A stretch of DNA of 63,983 bases, counting the filler, from Octopus bimaculoides (taxonomy: Eukaryota), in NCBI RefSeq assembly GCF_001194135.2. It is 6 parts of 6 records of this genome, joined end to end, with 100 filler letters (N's around TTAATTAATTAA, not from the genome) between each part and the next. Parts side by side here need not be neighbours in the genome. Positions count along the whole stretch, not along the records: positions 28,358 to 48,118 come from NC_068983.1; positions 48,219 to 56,274 come from NC_069004.1; 4 more parts are not named here. The stretch is one strand, 5' to 3'. Below the pieces are notes generated by a model. The model saw only the letters and a list, made by a program, of their open reading frames with translations, searched no databases and was not told the DNA's origin. Positions 43,241 to 56,274 of the stretch are shown here, in pieces. Position 1 is the first letter of the stretch. Each line of letters starts with the position of its first letter. Made by a program: the position numbers and the translations under genes.

Positions 43241-46200
43241 GGAACAGATCCAGCTGTCAGCCAAGTCGTTTGTGAAGATTTACCCACTATCCTCCTCTGG
43301 TAAAGAAGGGCGACTAACTTTTTTCTACCTGAAGGCTATGGTGAAGGAGATTGTGAGGTGGGTACAATTAAAAGAATTCAGTGCAGTATCCCTTAAATAG
43401 CAAGGCGCTACCCTCCAGTATGTTTTATGAGAGGTGCATGTAAAGGACAAGACTGATAAGACTAAATGGTTCTTCTTTGATTATGCAACTGTAAACAGGA
43501 GACAAGAAACTAGGAAGAGGACATTTTTGTGGCCTTTGATGTGGAAGAATAAGCTAGGATTTTGTGAGTGTTTCTCCCGAATTACGTTTTCTTTTAACAT
43601 TTTATTGTTACCTATTACTTTTGATGATGCCGACCCCTTTTTACATGATGTAACCCCTCTTCCACTGTGCTCTTTTTCGTACATGTATTGTTTCTAATAT
43701 CTTGGACCCCTGTGGCTAATGAAAGAAACGGCAGCAAGCTGGCTGAATAGTTGGAAAATCAGAAAAAATGCCTTGCGGTATTTGTTCCAATCCTTTAAGT
43801 TCCGAGTTCAAGTCACAGCGTGATCAACTTTGCATCTCATCTTGTCGGGGTTAATAAAATAAAAGACCAATCAAGTACTTCAAAATTTCTGGCCATGTGC
43901 TTAAATTAGAAACAGTCGTTATTATGTTTTTGTTTTTTTATTTTAATCAATTTTCTTCGTATCAAATTTTTGCCAATATCGTGACATTTTCCACTGGATC
44001 ACTGCAAGTAACAAGGTTTCTAGTCGTTTGTCATTCGTTATATACATCTTGAGATCACTTGTATACAGAACGAAGTTGATTGCCATTCCAATATCTGTAT
44101 CCACTCTAATTCAGTATAGGTGTTAGCGTTATACACAAAATAAATAGAGAGAAAGTGTCCCCTTGGAGTATCCTTTCACAAATAAGAACCGATTTCGTGT
44201 TTGGAATTCCCTCTTTTATTTATCTGTAAAATTATTTTCCATTAACTCTTGGCATTTTTTATGTTTCTCTTTGTTATTAGTAATATCTGACGTATGGCTA
44301 ATGATTCTGAAAAAAAAAATGTAGTCGATTCAGTCGATTATATTGATCTTAGAGAAATCATAGAATGTTTGTTTATTCAATTTAGTTTGGAGTTCTGAGC
44401 TTAATCTACACCAGAATCTAAGATTAGCCTTATTAATTAGTAAAACTAAATCGTTAAGACGAACTATCGTTGGTGTAAAATGCATTTATTATTCTGCAGA
44501 AATTCGTTTTAATTCAGGGAATATGTCATTTCAAGAAGTTTCACATCGCATATAATCCACCGACTGTGCCCTGTTTAATTATTTTTTTAAATTATGGCCT
44601 TAAATCAGTTAATGTATTTTAGAAATATTGCTTTTCAAGCTAGGAAATTGTTCACTGAAATGTGTATCCGTAATCACTTTAAAGAGATCACTAAATAAAT
44701 AAAATAAATACTCATTGTTTCTGAGGTCGCGACGAAAGAACTGTGACGAACCTGATTGATTGACTGTCAGAACAATTAATCAAACAATCGATTAATTAAT
44801 TGGTTAAATGGTTTACTAGTTGACTAATAATCCTTTCTACAGTAGGAGTAAGGCCTGAAAGTTTGAGGGAAAGAGCTAGTCGATTACATCGACTCCAGTG
44901 CTCAAAAGAAGTGAACTAGAACTAGTGCGTGTGTTTATTATTGGCATACTAACCCTCTCGAGATAAAACAAGATATGTTTCAACACACGTTTTAGTATCA
45001 AGAATCTTGCCATCCGAAGACAAAATCGAAATAATTTCTTTACTTTTCCAAACTTACTTTTGGTACATTTTTCTGTTTAGTTTTTCATGTTTATTATTTT
45101 TGGTAAGCGATCCTCTGTGTCAGCAATTGCGAACCGAATTTATTTACAGTCGGACGTAAATAAGCTTTGAAACGAACCACTGTTGGCTACGATTGAGTTG
45201 TTTCCTGAAGAAAAACCAGTTTTCTTGAAGCAGTTGCAGAATTTGATGAGTTGCAACATAAGATGTGGTTAAAAATGAACGATAAATATGTATTTATTGA
45301 ACCTACCGATCCAATAGTGAAGACGTGCGGTTTGATACGGTATTGGGATTCTAATGATCGTAGGTTCGATTCGCAGACCAGATGGCGCGTTGTTGTGTGT
45401 TTGAGCGAGACGTAGTCTGGTACACTCTGTAACTCCGTACTTTGTCTCATACTCTGTCAATTAATTAACGTTTTCTCGTTGAGGTTAACCTTCACCGTCT
45501 GAGCAATCCTATTGATTTAACAAAATGGGAAAATAAAATTTGTGACGTTCATCACATTCCCAACGCCATTAGCAAATGAAGTGAAGTAACTACAATGCAA
45601 AAGGTAACTGAATTCAAATGGAAGATTTGGTTCAGAGGTAATTTACCACCTACGTTGAGACCCTTAACATTCATTGGAGTGAATAAATTCATTTACAACA
45701 GTAAGTTAATATCAATAAAACTAGCTAAATGATATAGGAAAGTAAAGGTTAGTCAATTCTGTGTAGTTAACCATCTGTTGATATGATAAGCCAGACAATG
45801 ATAAAGGAGTTGCAGTTTATATGTTATTAATCTCACTTAAAACAAGTTAGACAATTTTACTTGTAGTACTTTTAAATGTAATCGTGTTTCTTAGAGTTCT
45901 GACGTTCAAAAGAGGCTGTTAAATAAATATGCTGTTTGAATAAGTTTATATTTCATAGAGGTGGTTACTCTCAGTAGCGTAGCTAGAAGAAGGCAAGATA
46001 GGAGGTCCACACTGAATGACGTTTTTACGGGGTTGACACTTTTGGGTGTCCTTTATAAGCCTGTATAGGGACTTGGGGGCCCGAAAAGGCGGTAAACTTG
46101 AGAACTGCTCCTTGGTGGCAAACACTCTAGCTACACCACTGCGTATGCGTTTGTTGGTGTGGGTAAAAAAAAATTACTTTCACGAGTCATGTCGACTCAT

Positions 46201-47349
46201 AAGGGCCGGTTTCCCGGTTTCCATGGCGCATAAATTCCCCACCTGGTCTGTCGCAGGATTACTCATTTTTGCCAGCTGAGTGGACTGGAGCAACGTGAAA
46301 GGAAGTGTCTTGCTCAAGAACACAACGCGTCGCGCAGTCCAGGAATCCAAACCACAATCTCACGATCATGAGTCCAACACCTTAACCACTAAGCCATGCG
46401 CCTCCACTGTAGGTGTGGGTGTATGTGTCTGTAAAGCATACACGTGTACAAGCCTCATGTATCTGCATAAATTGCCTAAAAATTTACTGGGATACATCTA
46501 CACTTTAGCTCGGTCTCTCAAATCACAAACCAGGAACATAGGTAGGAACAGCGAGGGACACGGTCCGCTCTAGGCGACGCTTTAATGGGGGTGGCACTTT
46601 TGCTGTATAAGCACTTATTAGCTTATGCATCATGGTGTGGGCAAACTGAAGGGCTATCTCGGGTGATACATAGTCTAACTACGCCACAAGCTTTTACGTA
46701 CCAGGTTTTAAGGAGATAAGTCCTGGGTATGATTTGTTCATCTAAACCCTTCATGGCCGCTGTCAAATGATTGAAACAAGTAAAAAATAAAAAATAAAAC
46801 AAATTTTTGTTTAAAGAATGTTTTGGTGGGAACGTGAGAATTTACCGCCCTAAAAAGGATACATTAGATAATGCTCTCAGAGACATTAAAAGACCGAATG
46901 GGCTAGAATGTTTTTCATCTTAGGTCTACTTGATCAGACTGACCAAGGGTTAAACAACAATAACAACAACAACAACAATAATCATAACAGGAAATATACA
47001 TCGGTCAAAATTAATTTAAAATGTTCAAACTTTGTAACTGTAAAAGGGATTTTAAAGTGGTGTAAAGAAAACTACCAGCAGGATGAAACGAAGTGTCGAA
47101 GGTCACCGCATTTAGAATCAAATAAGCATTTCCTCTCGAAACTTATTAAAAACATTCATAGTAATCTCATTTATCCTTCCATATGAATGAGAGTCCTTGC
47201 AGAGTGTGTACACAATATTGTTAAAAACTTCAGAATTGTGTCAAGGACAGAGTTGTAACACTAACTGTGCTTCATAGGCATTGATGAAATGATAGAAAAC
47301 ACACATTTGTCGTAAAAGCAACACAGTTTATAAGCAACACAACAGCCTA

Positions 47350-47861
47350 TATCATAGGTATGACTTTAAACCTCACCCAGTTGTAGGGCCCTGGTTTGGG
47401 AGTTCTAAGGTTTTGAAGAGAATAGAACCATCCCTTTGCCACTTTGTTCTCAGATCTATTCGGACCCGGAGTATGAGAATCTGTCCAGGGTTTCAACTAT
47501 GTGTTAACTAGCAAATTAGTTGGACAGATGAAGCTTGTTAGCTTGGGTGGAGGATAACATATCTAGAAGAAGGAAAACTCTGATTCCAAACCTCTGCTGC
47601 TTTGTGGTCAGAAGCATCTATGGGAAAGGTTTCGGGAGTAAATTCTGAGGATAAATTGGAACTCGATGCTTCTTCAGTAGTTTGAACAGGGTTGTCTATG
47701 GCTTCGTTCTAGCAACTCCTGCAACGGCGCTGGTGCAAACTTGTAGCAGCCATGCTGATCTATTGGATCAATTCGTGACGTGGACAAGGGAGACATGCTG
47801 CATGAGCAACAACCTATCCTGCATACCATACTGCCCAGGCTTGGATCCTTTTGAACCCACC
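47350..47861 (+). mobile_element. Probable 5' UTR of an RTE-clade LINE
   Basis: Contains the motif gaagaaggaaaactctgattccaaacctctgctgc, recalled from RTE 5' UTRs. Confidence 0.45.
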
Positions 47862-48110
47862 TGTTATGTTTCCCTCGGGTGACTCGTAGAGATAACACGA
47901 GTTATACAATTTAATTATTACATTTATTGTTCAATTACATACAAAGAACGCACTCACCCAATGTTCGTTATGAATAAACAAAAGTCATGTCCGCCATATA
48001 TATATCAATGACATTTTACTACGACAGTCCCACAAGACAACAACAATGAAACAATGAACTCAGACGAACCACATGACACACGGAACGTCAGACGAATTAC
48101 ATATCTAACA
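47862..48110 (-). mobile_element. Possible LTR (249 bp)
   Basis: TGTTA…TAACA termini, with a TATA-like run and AATAAA on the minus strand; no matching TSD. Confidence 0.35.
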
Positions 48111-48219
48111 GTCCATATNNNNNNNNNNNNNNNNNNNNNNNNNNNNNNNNNNNNNNNNNNNNTTAATTAATTAANNNNNNNNNNNNNNNNNNNNNNNNNN
48201 NNNNNNNNNNNNNNNNNNA

Positions 48220-48520
48220 CGTGAAAAAGCATTCGAGTGAGATTGTTGCCAGTGCCGCTGGACTGGCTGCTGTGCAGGTGGCATGTAAAAAACACCACTT
48301 GAGCGTGGCCATTGCCAGTACTGCCTGACTGGCCTTCGTGCCAGCGGCATATAAAAGCACCCACTACACTCTCGGAGTGGTTGGCATCAGGAAGGGCATC
48401 CAGTTGTAGAAACTCTGCCAGATCAGATTGGAGCCTGCTGCAGCCATCTGGTTCGCCAGTCTTCAGTCAAATCGGCCAACCCATGCTAGCATGGAAAGCG
48501 GACATTAAACGATGATGATG
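48220..48520 (+). mobile_element. Retroposon 'family C' ending in ccaacccatgctagcatggaaagcggacgttaaa(TGA)n (RTE-type 3' tail). Other copies about 215-322(-), 2340-2530(+), 3945-4165(+), 7940-8135(+), 10885-11090(-), 20770-20955(+), 33130-33330(+), 35300-35520(-), 37980-38380(-, two)
   Basis: Identical 3' end with a trinucleotide tail and variable 5' truncation, typical of target-primed retroposition. Confidence 0.75.
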
Positions 48521-48544
48521 TCTGTTTATAAATGCAGACACGAT

Positions 48545-48830
48545 CTAAATGTTTAACGTCCTGAAACAGTGTCATGAGAATCAATAAGAGACATTTAACA
48601 TCTTTGGCTGATTTTCTGTGGTGACTGAAGGAAGATAAAATTAAGTATAACATAACTTGGTCCATAGCAAGGCATGCAAAAGCCATACAATATCATTGTC
48701 AGGAGATGCCGACTCTGCTCTGAGGGATCTTTGTCTATTCTGTTGACCAATGAGAAGATCATAAATAGAATTTCTAAAAGACTCTCAAGATGCTGAAATG
48801 CATATAAATGTACTTTTGCACAACGCAATG
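48545..48830 (+). pseudogene. Penelope-like element GIY-YIG endonuclease C-terminal remnant
   Basis: HLTSLADFLW*LKEDKIKYNITWSIARHAKA…CRLC…ILL…N..S..LSRC*..YK matches the PLE 'TxLSxxIWxLK…Y.I.W.I…C.LC…N.RSE..SKCRH' pattern. Confidence 0.7.
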
Positions 48831-49021
48831 GAAATGAATTTGAGTAACTGTTAACATAATTTACTTTAAGGTATGGATGAAATAAATTTAGCTTTAACCT
48901 CCAATTTCTTATAAACACCAAGTAGCTATTTAACTCACTATGTGAACATGAGTGCACCAAACTACATGTGTGCATATGCTTACATTTTCATTGATGCTTG
49001 TATGAGCGTACATGTGCCATG

Positions 49022-49404
49022 TGGATGCGCAATGGCCCAGTGGTTAGGGCAGCAGACTCGCGGTCATAGGATCGCGGTTTCGATTCCCAGACCGAGCATT
49101 GTGTGTGTTTATTAAACGAAAACACTTAAAGTTCCTCGAGGCTCCGGCAGGGAATGGTGGCGAACCCTGCTGTACTCTTTCACCACAACTTTCTCTCACT
49201 CTTACTTCCTGTTTCTGTTGTGCCTGTAATTTAAAGGGGCCAGCATTGTCACACTCTGTGTCACGCTGAATCTCCCCGAGAACTACATTAAGGGTACACG
49301 TGTCTGTGGAGTGCTCAGCCACTTGCACGTTAATTTCGTGAGCAGGCTGTTCCGTTGATCGGATCAACTGGAACCCTCATCGTCGTAAGTGACAGAGTGC
49401 CAAC
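49022..49404 (+). mobile_element. Same tRNA(Arg) SINE, full-length
   Basis: Aligns with 36419-36795; perfect 12-bp TSD acatgtgccatg (49010-49021 and 49406-49417). Confidence 0.85.
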
Positions 49405-51116
49405 CACATGTGCCATGCAGCTTGCCCAAGGGTGTTTATACATCCATACCTGTTAACGGTTATTTTTAATACTTATCTCGCTGGATTGTGTGTTCATTTC
49501 TTTTTTTGCATCTGTGATTTTATTTTTGATCTTCTATATAAATGAAGATAAAGGCCTTTGTTTTGCTGCTTTTCTTTCTACAAAACGAGAAGATACATTG
49601 TGGAACTGTTGTTCTAATGAGTTATATCTATTTATCACCTGGTGAGAAACACCTGCACCACTGGATGCTCCTCAACAAGTTGTTGTGTCCCACCTGTGAG
49701 GGATCAATGCTAGATGTGTCGAAACAATTGTCGTGATTAATAAAAATTCTCATCTATTCCATCTTCTGTCTTTCTTTTGTGTGTGTGTTACTATAGTTGA
49801 AAGAGAACTAACTAGTTTAAAAATAATAATCATTCATGTATGCTCTGCATAATCTTTAAAACTTCTGAATTCAATGAAGTTAAATTTAAAGACATATCTA
49901 TTCTTACAAAGACTGTCTCTATTTAACCCTTGTTGATGTGATCTTATCAATGTTAAAATACTGAATATATTTATTTCTCTTGTTTCTTGATGTTGGTTTG
50001 GTTTTTTTTTTATATTTAATTTATATGTTTTGATGGTTGCTGTTTGCTCTGTAATAGTTAAACCATAACCCAAGCAATAAACCCCACCCATCTCTAGTAT
50101 TATAAGACATATGTAGTAGTTGTAACAACAGTAGCAGCAGCAGCAGTGGCAGTAATAGCTGTAGTGGTTAGCCTACATGTCTCTTGGCCCATGTCTCTCA
50201 GTGTAGCAGTTAACTCATGCTTGTCATAACACTTAAGTCTATATTGGTGATATACTTCAACCAAGAGTAAAAGTTTCCCCCAATTCTATAACAGCAGGAG
50301 TTAATGCAAATGCATAATAGTAGTCATTAGCACAAGTCTATAATGAAAGTATTTCAATTAATACTGTAATAGTAAGAATTAACTTAAATCTATAACTATA
50401 GTTATTTAAGGAGGTAATTCAAATTACAAGAAAAAGTGTGCAATGCATCTGTGTAAATTAGCTTACCTGGATCTGGGTATCCACTTGTTTTCAGGTATAA
50501 GAATGTATGGTGGACTGAAAGATAAGAAGAGAGAAAGTAGACAATGAGAAGGATAAATTTGAATTCAGGTTCAATATCAAACAGAAGATTATTCAAAGAA
50601 AAGGGTACTTCTTGATGTATTTCATATACTGAATACTTTAGATTACCATCTAATAATTAACTATACAGCTTATTAATCATTTCATAATCATCATCATCAT
50701 AATGAAAATGATCTACATGGAGAAAAATTATTAGCCATTAATGAAAGAGAGCGAAGACTATATAAGTATCTATACATTACACCCATCACATAGTAGGTTC
50801 ATGAGCTTTAACATGGTCAGTTTTGAAGTAGTGATGCATTACTGAGACTGATAGTACAATTCTAGAAAATGTACACAAGAGGCTATTAAAGTGTCATCTA
50901 AAGCCATGGTCCAGTTAATTATTCTAGACATTTCTTTCACATATTTAATGATGTGGATATTTTTGCCAATTATTTCTTTAGTATATCTGTCATTTCCCAA
51001 GTTGATTGTTTTAAGACTAATATATTGAGAATATGTTTTGTGATTTCATTAACATTACTATTGGTTACATTGTCAGATGATTTTATTGACACATGAAAGG
51101 AGAAATGATGACAATA

Positions 51117-51965
51117 TACAGGGCGTGATGAATATATTGTCTAAATTACGCAAAAATGAAAATAACACTGACATCTCATTTTAACAGATATATTTACCAA
51201 AATTGCATTAAAATATCTTGAAATACTAAAGAGTAAATTTATTCAATAAAATCGCCAATGGCATCAACCATGGCCTCCAGACGACTTTGGAATCTCCTGC
51301 AACTATTCTGAACAGTCCCCTTGTTTAGGTTGGTGAATGCTGCCATAATCCTTACCTTCAACTCATCTTTGGTGTTACAAAGAGTTTTGTTGGTCTCTTG
51401 CTCAACTGTGCCCCACACATAATAATCAAGGGATCGCAGTTTGGGGAGTTAGGTGGCCAGATGTTAGGGGTGATGTGGTCACAGAAATTGTCTGACAGCC
51501 ATGACTGGGTTCTCCTACTTGTGTGGCAGGGTGCAGAGTTCTGTTGCCAGGCATAGGGTCTTCCAGCAGCCACCCTCTTAACCGAGGGTAGCACTACCTC
51601 CTCCAGGCACTTGATGTAGGCCTCCATATTGAGTCTGAGGCTGTATGGGAATATGAATGCATGTGTAATATTGCCATCATAGTGATCACTCCAAACACTA
51701 CGATGTTGATCGGATGTTTGATTTTTATCACTCTCAGTACACATTTTTGGGATACAGCAAGCCAACAGTTGCTCTGTGTGTTCATCATCTGTCTGTATTG
51801 GAGTTTCCAGCATGAATACCAAGCAATACAGCATGTCATTTCCAAATTTCTGGCAGAGTGAATTGTGTCATGGTACTGTTTTCTCTCAGACAGTGCCCAA
51901 CTGACTCTACTATACTGTGTAGTTGACAAAATCAAAATCAAATAATTTACCCATCACACCCTGTA
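51117..51965 (-). mobile_element. maT (DD37D) Tc1/mariner element, internally deleted, both TIRs present
   Basis: TA-CAGGGCGTGATG…CATCACACCCTG-TA; WQQ(N)SAPCHTSRRTQSWL…PNSP.CDPL. Confidence 0.85.
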
Positions 51966-52175
51966 TATACTTACATTGTGAAGGAGGTGGTGTCTTAGGC
52001 TGTTTAGGTGATGGTGCCACTGTGTGTGGAGATAGTGGTTTCACATGCTGGGATTTCTAAATTGGAAAAAGAAAACATGAAAAGGAAAATTAAGATTTGA
52101 TGGTAACTGGTGTTGTTCGTATTACTTCCATCATATTATTGACACTTTAATGTCCTACACGGTCTTGTTACAATC

Positions 52176-52213
<38 letters not shown>

Positions 52214-52304
52214 ATATTAATGCATCAACACTTTTATAAACTAGCAACCCTTGAATGTATGTTTACGCTAATACCTTTGAAGGACAACCACAGCATCAGG
52301 TTTA

Positions 52305-52585
52305 CAATCCTGAAGTAGTGGGTTCAGTTCCTGGACCAGGCTGTGTGTTGCGTTCTTGAGCAAGACACTTTATTTCACGTTGCTCCAATTCACTCAGCTG
52401 TAGAAATGAGTTGTGACATCACAGGTGCCAAGCTGCATCAACCTTTGTGTCTCCCTTGGATAACATCGGTGGCATGGAGAGGGAAGGCTGGTATGCATGG
52501 GCAACTGCTGGTCTTCCATAAACAACTTTTCCTGGACTTGTGCCTCGGAAGGTAATTTTCTAGGTGCAATCCCATTTTCATTCAT
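52305..52585 (+). mobile_element. tRNA-derived SINE with a CORE/V-like central domain (possibly octopus OR2); related copies at 32690-32995(-), 12960-13080(-), 46180-46408(-), 58960-59140(-), 59995-60180(+)
   Basis: gggttcagttcc B box followed by gttcttgagcaagacactttatttcacgttgctcca...cagctgtagaaatg; the reverse-complement copy at 32690-32995 aligns. Confidence 0.7.
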
Positions 52586-54663
52586 AACCAAAGGGAATCT
52601 TTACACTTTTTACTACCAACAAAACTGCCATAAACCAATAAAATAAGTTCAATATATATATATATATANNNNNNNNNNNNNNNNNNNNNNNNNNNNNNNN
52701 NNNNNNNNNNNNNNNNNNNNNNNNNNNNNNNNNNNNNNNNNNNNNNNNNNNNNNNNNNNNNNNNNNNNNNNNNNNNNNNNNNNNNNNNNNNNNNNNNNNN
52801 NNNNNNNNNNNNNNNNNNNNNNNNNNNNNNNNNNNNNNNNNNNNNNNNNNNNNNNNNNNNNNNNNNNNNNNNNNNNNNNNNNNNNNNNNNNNNNNNNNNN
52901 NNNNNNNNNNNNNNNNNNNNNNNNNNNNNNNNNNNNNNNNNNNNNNNNNNNNNNNNNNNNNNNNNNNNNNNNNNNNNNNNNNNNNNNNNNNNNNNNNNNN
53001 NNNNNNNNNNNNNNNNNNNNNNNNNNNNNNNNNNNNNNNNNNNNNNNNNNNNNNNNNNNNNNNNNNNNNNNNNNTTCACGTCTGGCCGCATAGCCTTTTC
53101 CGTTTGTTTTCCTGTCTTGTTTTCTTTTCCATTTGTTTTCCTGTCTTGTTTTTTGTCTGCCACTACATTCCCCCATGGCACAGGTTTAATTTGTGTATAC
53201 AAATTTAATTTGCGTTCCATGGGAAGAGCCGTTTTAACGATGCGTCCTGCCTAACTCTTCGAAACGCCGGTGTTAAAACGGGGGTAGCTGATGGAGGAAA
53301 ATGTTCTCTATGTGGCTTGTGTGTTTTCTGTACTCTGGTTATTATTATTTTCTTGTCTACGTTTTGTTTGCAATGTCCTGTAACCAGATACGCACCTATA
53401 TATACAGGTAGACGTAGGTATGCACATGCCTGTACGTATATATGCATATACTCATTTATTATTTGTTTTTTATATATATGTATGTATGTATGTAATTAGG
53501 ATAGTCATTATTTAATGATTTATCAGTGGCCAACATTCTAGAAATATCATAATGGTTAATTTATATTAAAATTATAATAAGAGTGTTGAATGTTTACAAC
53601 ATCAGTTTGCTAGAAATAGACCCCCAAATGGTCTATGAACCACTTAGATTATTACTCCACTATACAAGGTTTTAAGCGAGGAAAATAGTGGAGTAATAAT
53701 CCAAGTGGTTCATAGACCATTTGGGGGTCTATTTCTAGCAGATTGGTGTTGTAATCATTCAACACCCTTATAATTGTATGTGTGTGTGTCTACACATACA
53801 CCTACATGCATACACACATACATACTAGCTGAGTACCCCGTTGATTCTTGGGTAATTTTCACAACAGAATGCCTTGGTGGACTTTCGGAATAGAACACCC
53901 ACGTAAGTTGGATTTTCTCCTATTTGGTGGATATTTTTTAATTTTTATTTTCACCACAGCCTTGCAAATGATGGTAAAGGGGAAGACTTTTATGAAAAAA
54001 TATTTTTGAAAATTTACGAATCCCCCCTCCTCCCACATTCTTCCCCTTTTCCGACCGATTCTGTCCAATATTTTTGTTGCACTCTTCGCTTAAAAACAAT
54101 GGAAGACGCCTTGCTGTAAAAAAATAAATAAAAGCAAAAAAGAAAATCTGAAAATTTAGGAATTTTTTTCAACCCTCTTCTCCCTCACTCAGTATCGTCT
54201 TTTGTCCAATTATATTTGCCCAACACACTGAAAAACGATGTTTTAAAAAAAAAATTGAAGGCTTATCAAAAAACATTTTTTGGACAAAACTTTTTGGAAA
54301 TTAGTGACCACCATTACAATCCCAACTTCCTTTACTTTCAAACAAAATAAAACGCAATTTAAAAATATTAGTGAAATTTTAAAACAATTTTCATTAACCT
54401 TCCATCCCATAAATCCAAAAATTTTGGCTGTTTTTTTTGAAATTTTTATAAATCATAGTTTTAAAATACGGCAGTCCGATTTGTTTCTGAAAATAATTTT
54501 CAGACAAAATGGTGTGTGAGATTTAAGCAACAACAAAATTGTAACTTAAATTTTTAAGCGTCCACCTGCAACAACAAAATCCGTGTATGTGTGTGTGTGT
54601 GTAATAAAGAATAGTCGCCCTAATGAAATTCCTTATACACATGTATACACACACACTGTAGAC

Positions 54664-54864
54664 CAGTGCTACTCAAAGTGGTGGACCGGTGCCGGTTTGC
54701 GAGCCATCAGCTGCCGGTACACGGCGAGTTTCCAGAAAAGAAAGAAACATTATATGATTATAAAATGCTTATTGTAATTTTATATTATTGTTTACAAAAT
54801 AAATATAAGATATTGGGGTGGAGGAACTGCCGGTACGCCACATCAAATAGTTTGAGAATCACTG
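54664..54864. mobile_element. hAT MITE, 201 bp
   Basis: TIRs CAGTGCTACTCAAA / TTTGAGAATCACTG; imperfect 8-bp TSD ctgtagac / ttgcagac. Confidence 0.75.
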
Positions 54865-55859
54865 TTGCAGACGACATTACAACCTTCCCCCATGACAAAT
54901 AAATAGAGATTACGAATCTGGAAAAAATGTCTAGAAAATATTTTTTCTTCGTTTTAATGATACTTTTTTTCCCCCCTAAGTCTCAACTTTCCATATCTAT
55001 TTCAATGTTGATGCCATACCACAAATTATTTTTGTGTTGTTTTTATACAGAATTAGCAAATAATTCGTACTGAAAATTTCGTTAATTATGTTTATTTTTA
55101 CAATGTTGATCCGCAACGAACCTCTGTGCTGTGCATGTGTGTGTGTGTGCGTGCGCGCATGTCTGAGAAAAAAAGTATAATTGGACGATCCTTCGGTATT
55201 GGTCTTCAGAGTATGGGTACAAAGAGACGATGCCATTCACCCTCTGTTTCAGCCTAGCCTCTTTATCTATAGCAGGGGGGGGGGAAGTTTGTGTAGGTGA
55301 ATGATGTTGTCAACCAATACCGAAGGATTGCCAAAATAATTTGTTACATGCCTTGTTTTATCACCTTACGTAAAATCGAAGATAAGATCCCCGAGATTCG
55401 ACACTTCTTCTGCTTCTGGGATCTGTTTAAAGACCCGGTCATAGCAAATGATATCAGTTTGTTTTATTAATTCCAAAATAAACGGAAACTGAAAGAATGT
55501 GTGCGTGTGTGTGTGTGTGTCTTTGTGTCTGTGTGTCTGTGTTTGTCTATCACTACCGCTTGACAATCGGTATTGGTGTGTTTATGCCCCGTAACTAAGC
55601 GGTTCATCAAAATAGACCGATAGAATTAGTACCAGGCTTAAAAAATAAGTACTGGGATCGATTCGTTCGACTAAAAATCTTCAAAGGCGGTGCAGAAAAC
55701 TTCAATTACGTGTATTTATACAAAAGTAGGAGAGATTTTCGCAGGGAAAAGTACTGATAAATATTGTATTGAAATAAGTTCTTTTACATTCCATGTTTTC
55801 AATTCTCTACATAAGTGCTATCAAAGTGCTGTATAAAATGAAACTCTCAGAAGATAGGA

Positions 55860-56137
55860 CAGGCTAGGGAGATCAACCACGGAGGGTAATCTTCACACGA
55901 CGACAGCTACAGGGGAAAATAGCGGAACACCACCAAGCCCTCTTTGTGGTGTTTGTGGACTATTCCAAAGCATTTGACACGGTGGGCACAGAAACTCTTT
56001 GAAAAGTGTTAGAGACTTATGGATGCCCTCAGAAGCTTGATAACATAATCAAATAGTTCCACCCGGTACTGAAAGGACTAGTCTCAGTCGGGAGAGAATT
56101 TAACGAAGCGTTTTCAGTCAACCATGCTGTGAAGCAG
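55860..56137 (+). pseudogene. RTE-clade LINE RT fragment
   Basis: GRSTT…RQLQ.K…HQALFVVFVDYSKAFDTV…L*KVLETYGCPQKL..II..FH…AVKQ. Confidence 0.8.
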
Positions 56138-56274
56138 TGGAGGCGCAATGGCCCAGTGGTTAGGGCAGCGGACTCGCGGTCATACGATCGCGGTTTCGAT
56201 TCCCAGACCGGGCGTTGTGAGTGTTTATTGAGCGAAAACACCTAAAAGCTCCACGACGCTCCGGCAAGGGATGG
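56138..56274 (+). mobile_element. Same tRNA(Arg) SINE, inserted into an RTE RT remnant and cut by a gap
   Basis: Head begins directly after the RT-like ...AVKQ codons. Confidence 0.8.

Noticed and set aside
45205-45290. Protein-like stretch FLEAVAEFDELQHKMWLKMNDKY on the plus strand
   Set aside because: Weak splice signals, no recognisable homology and no partner exons.
47350-47480. HDV-like ribozyme at the putative RTE 5' end
   Set aside because: I could not map the P1/P1.1/P2/P3 nested pseudoknot.
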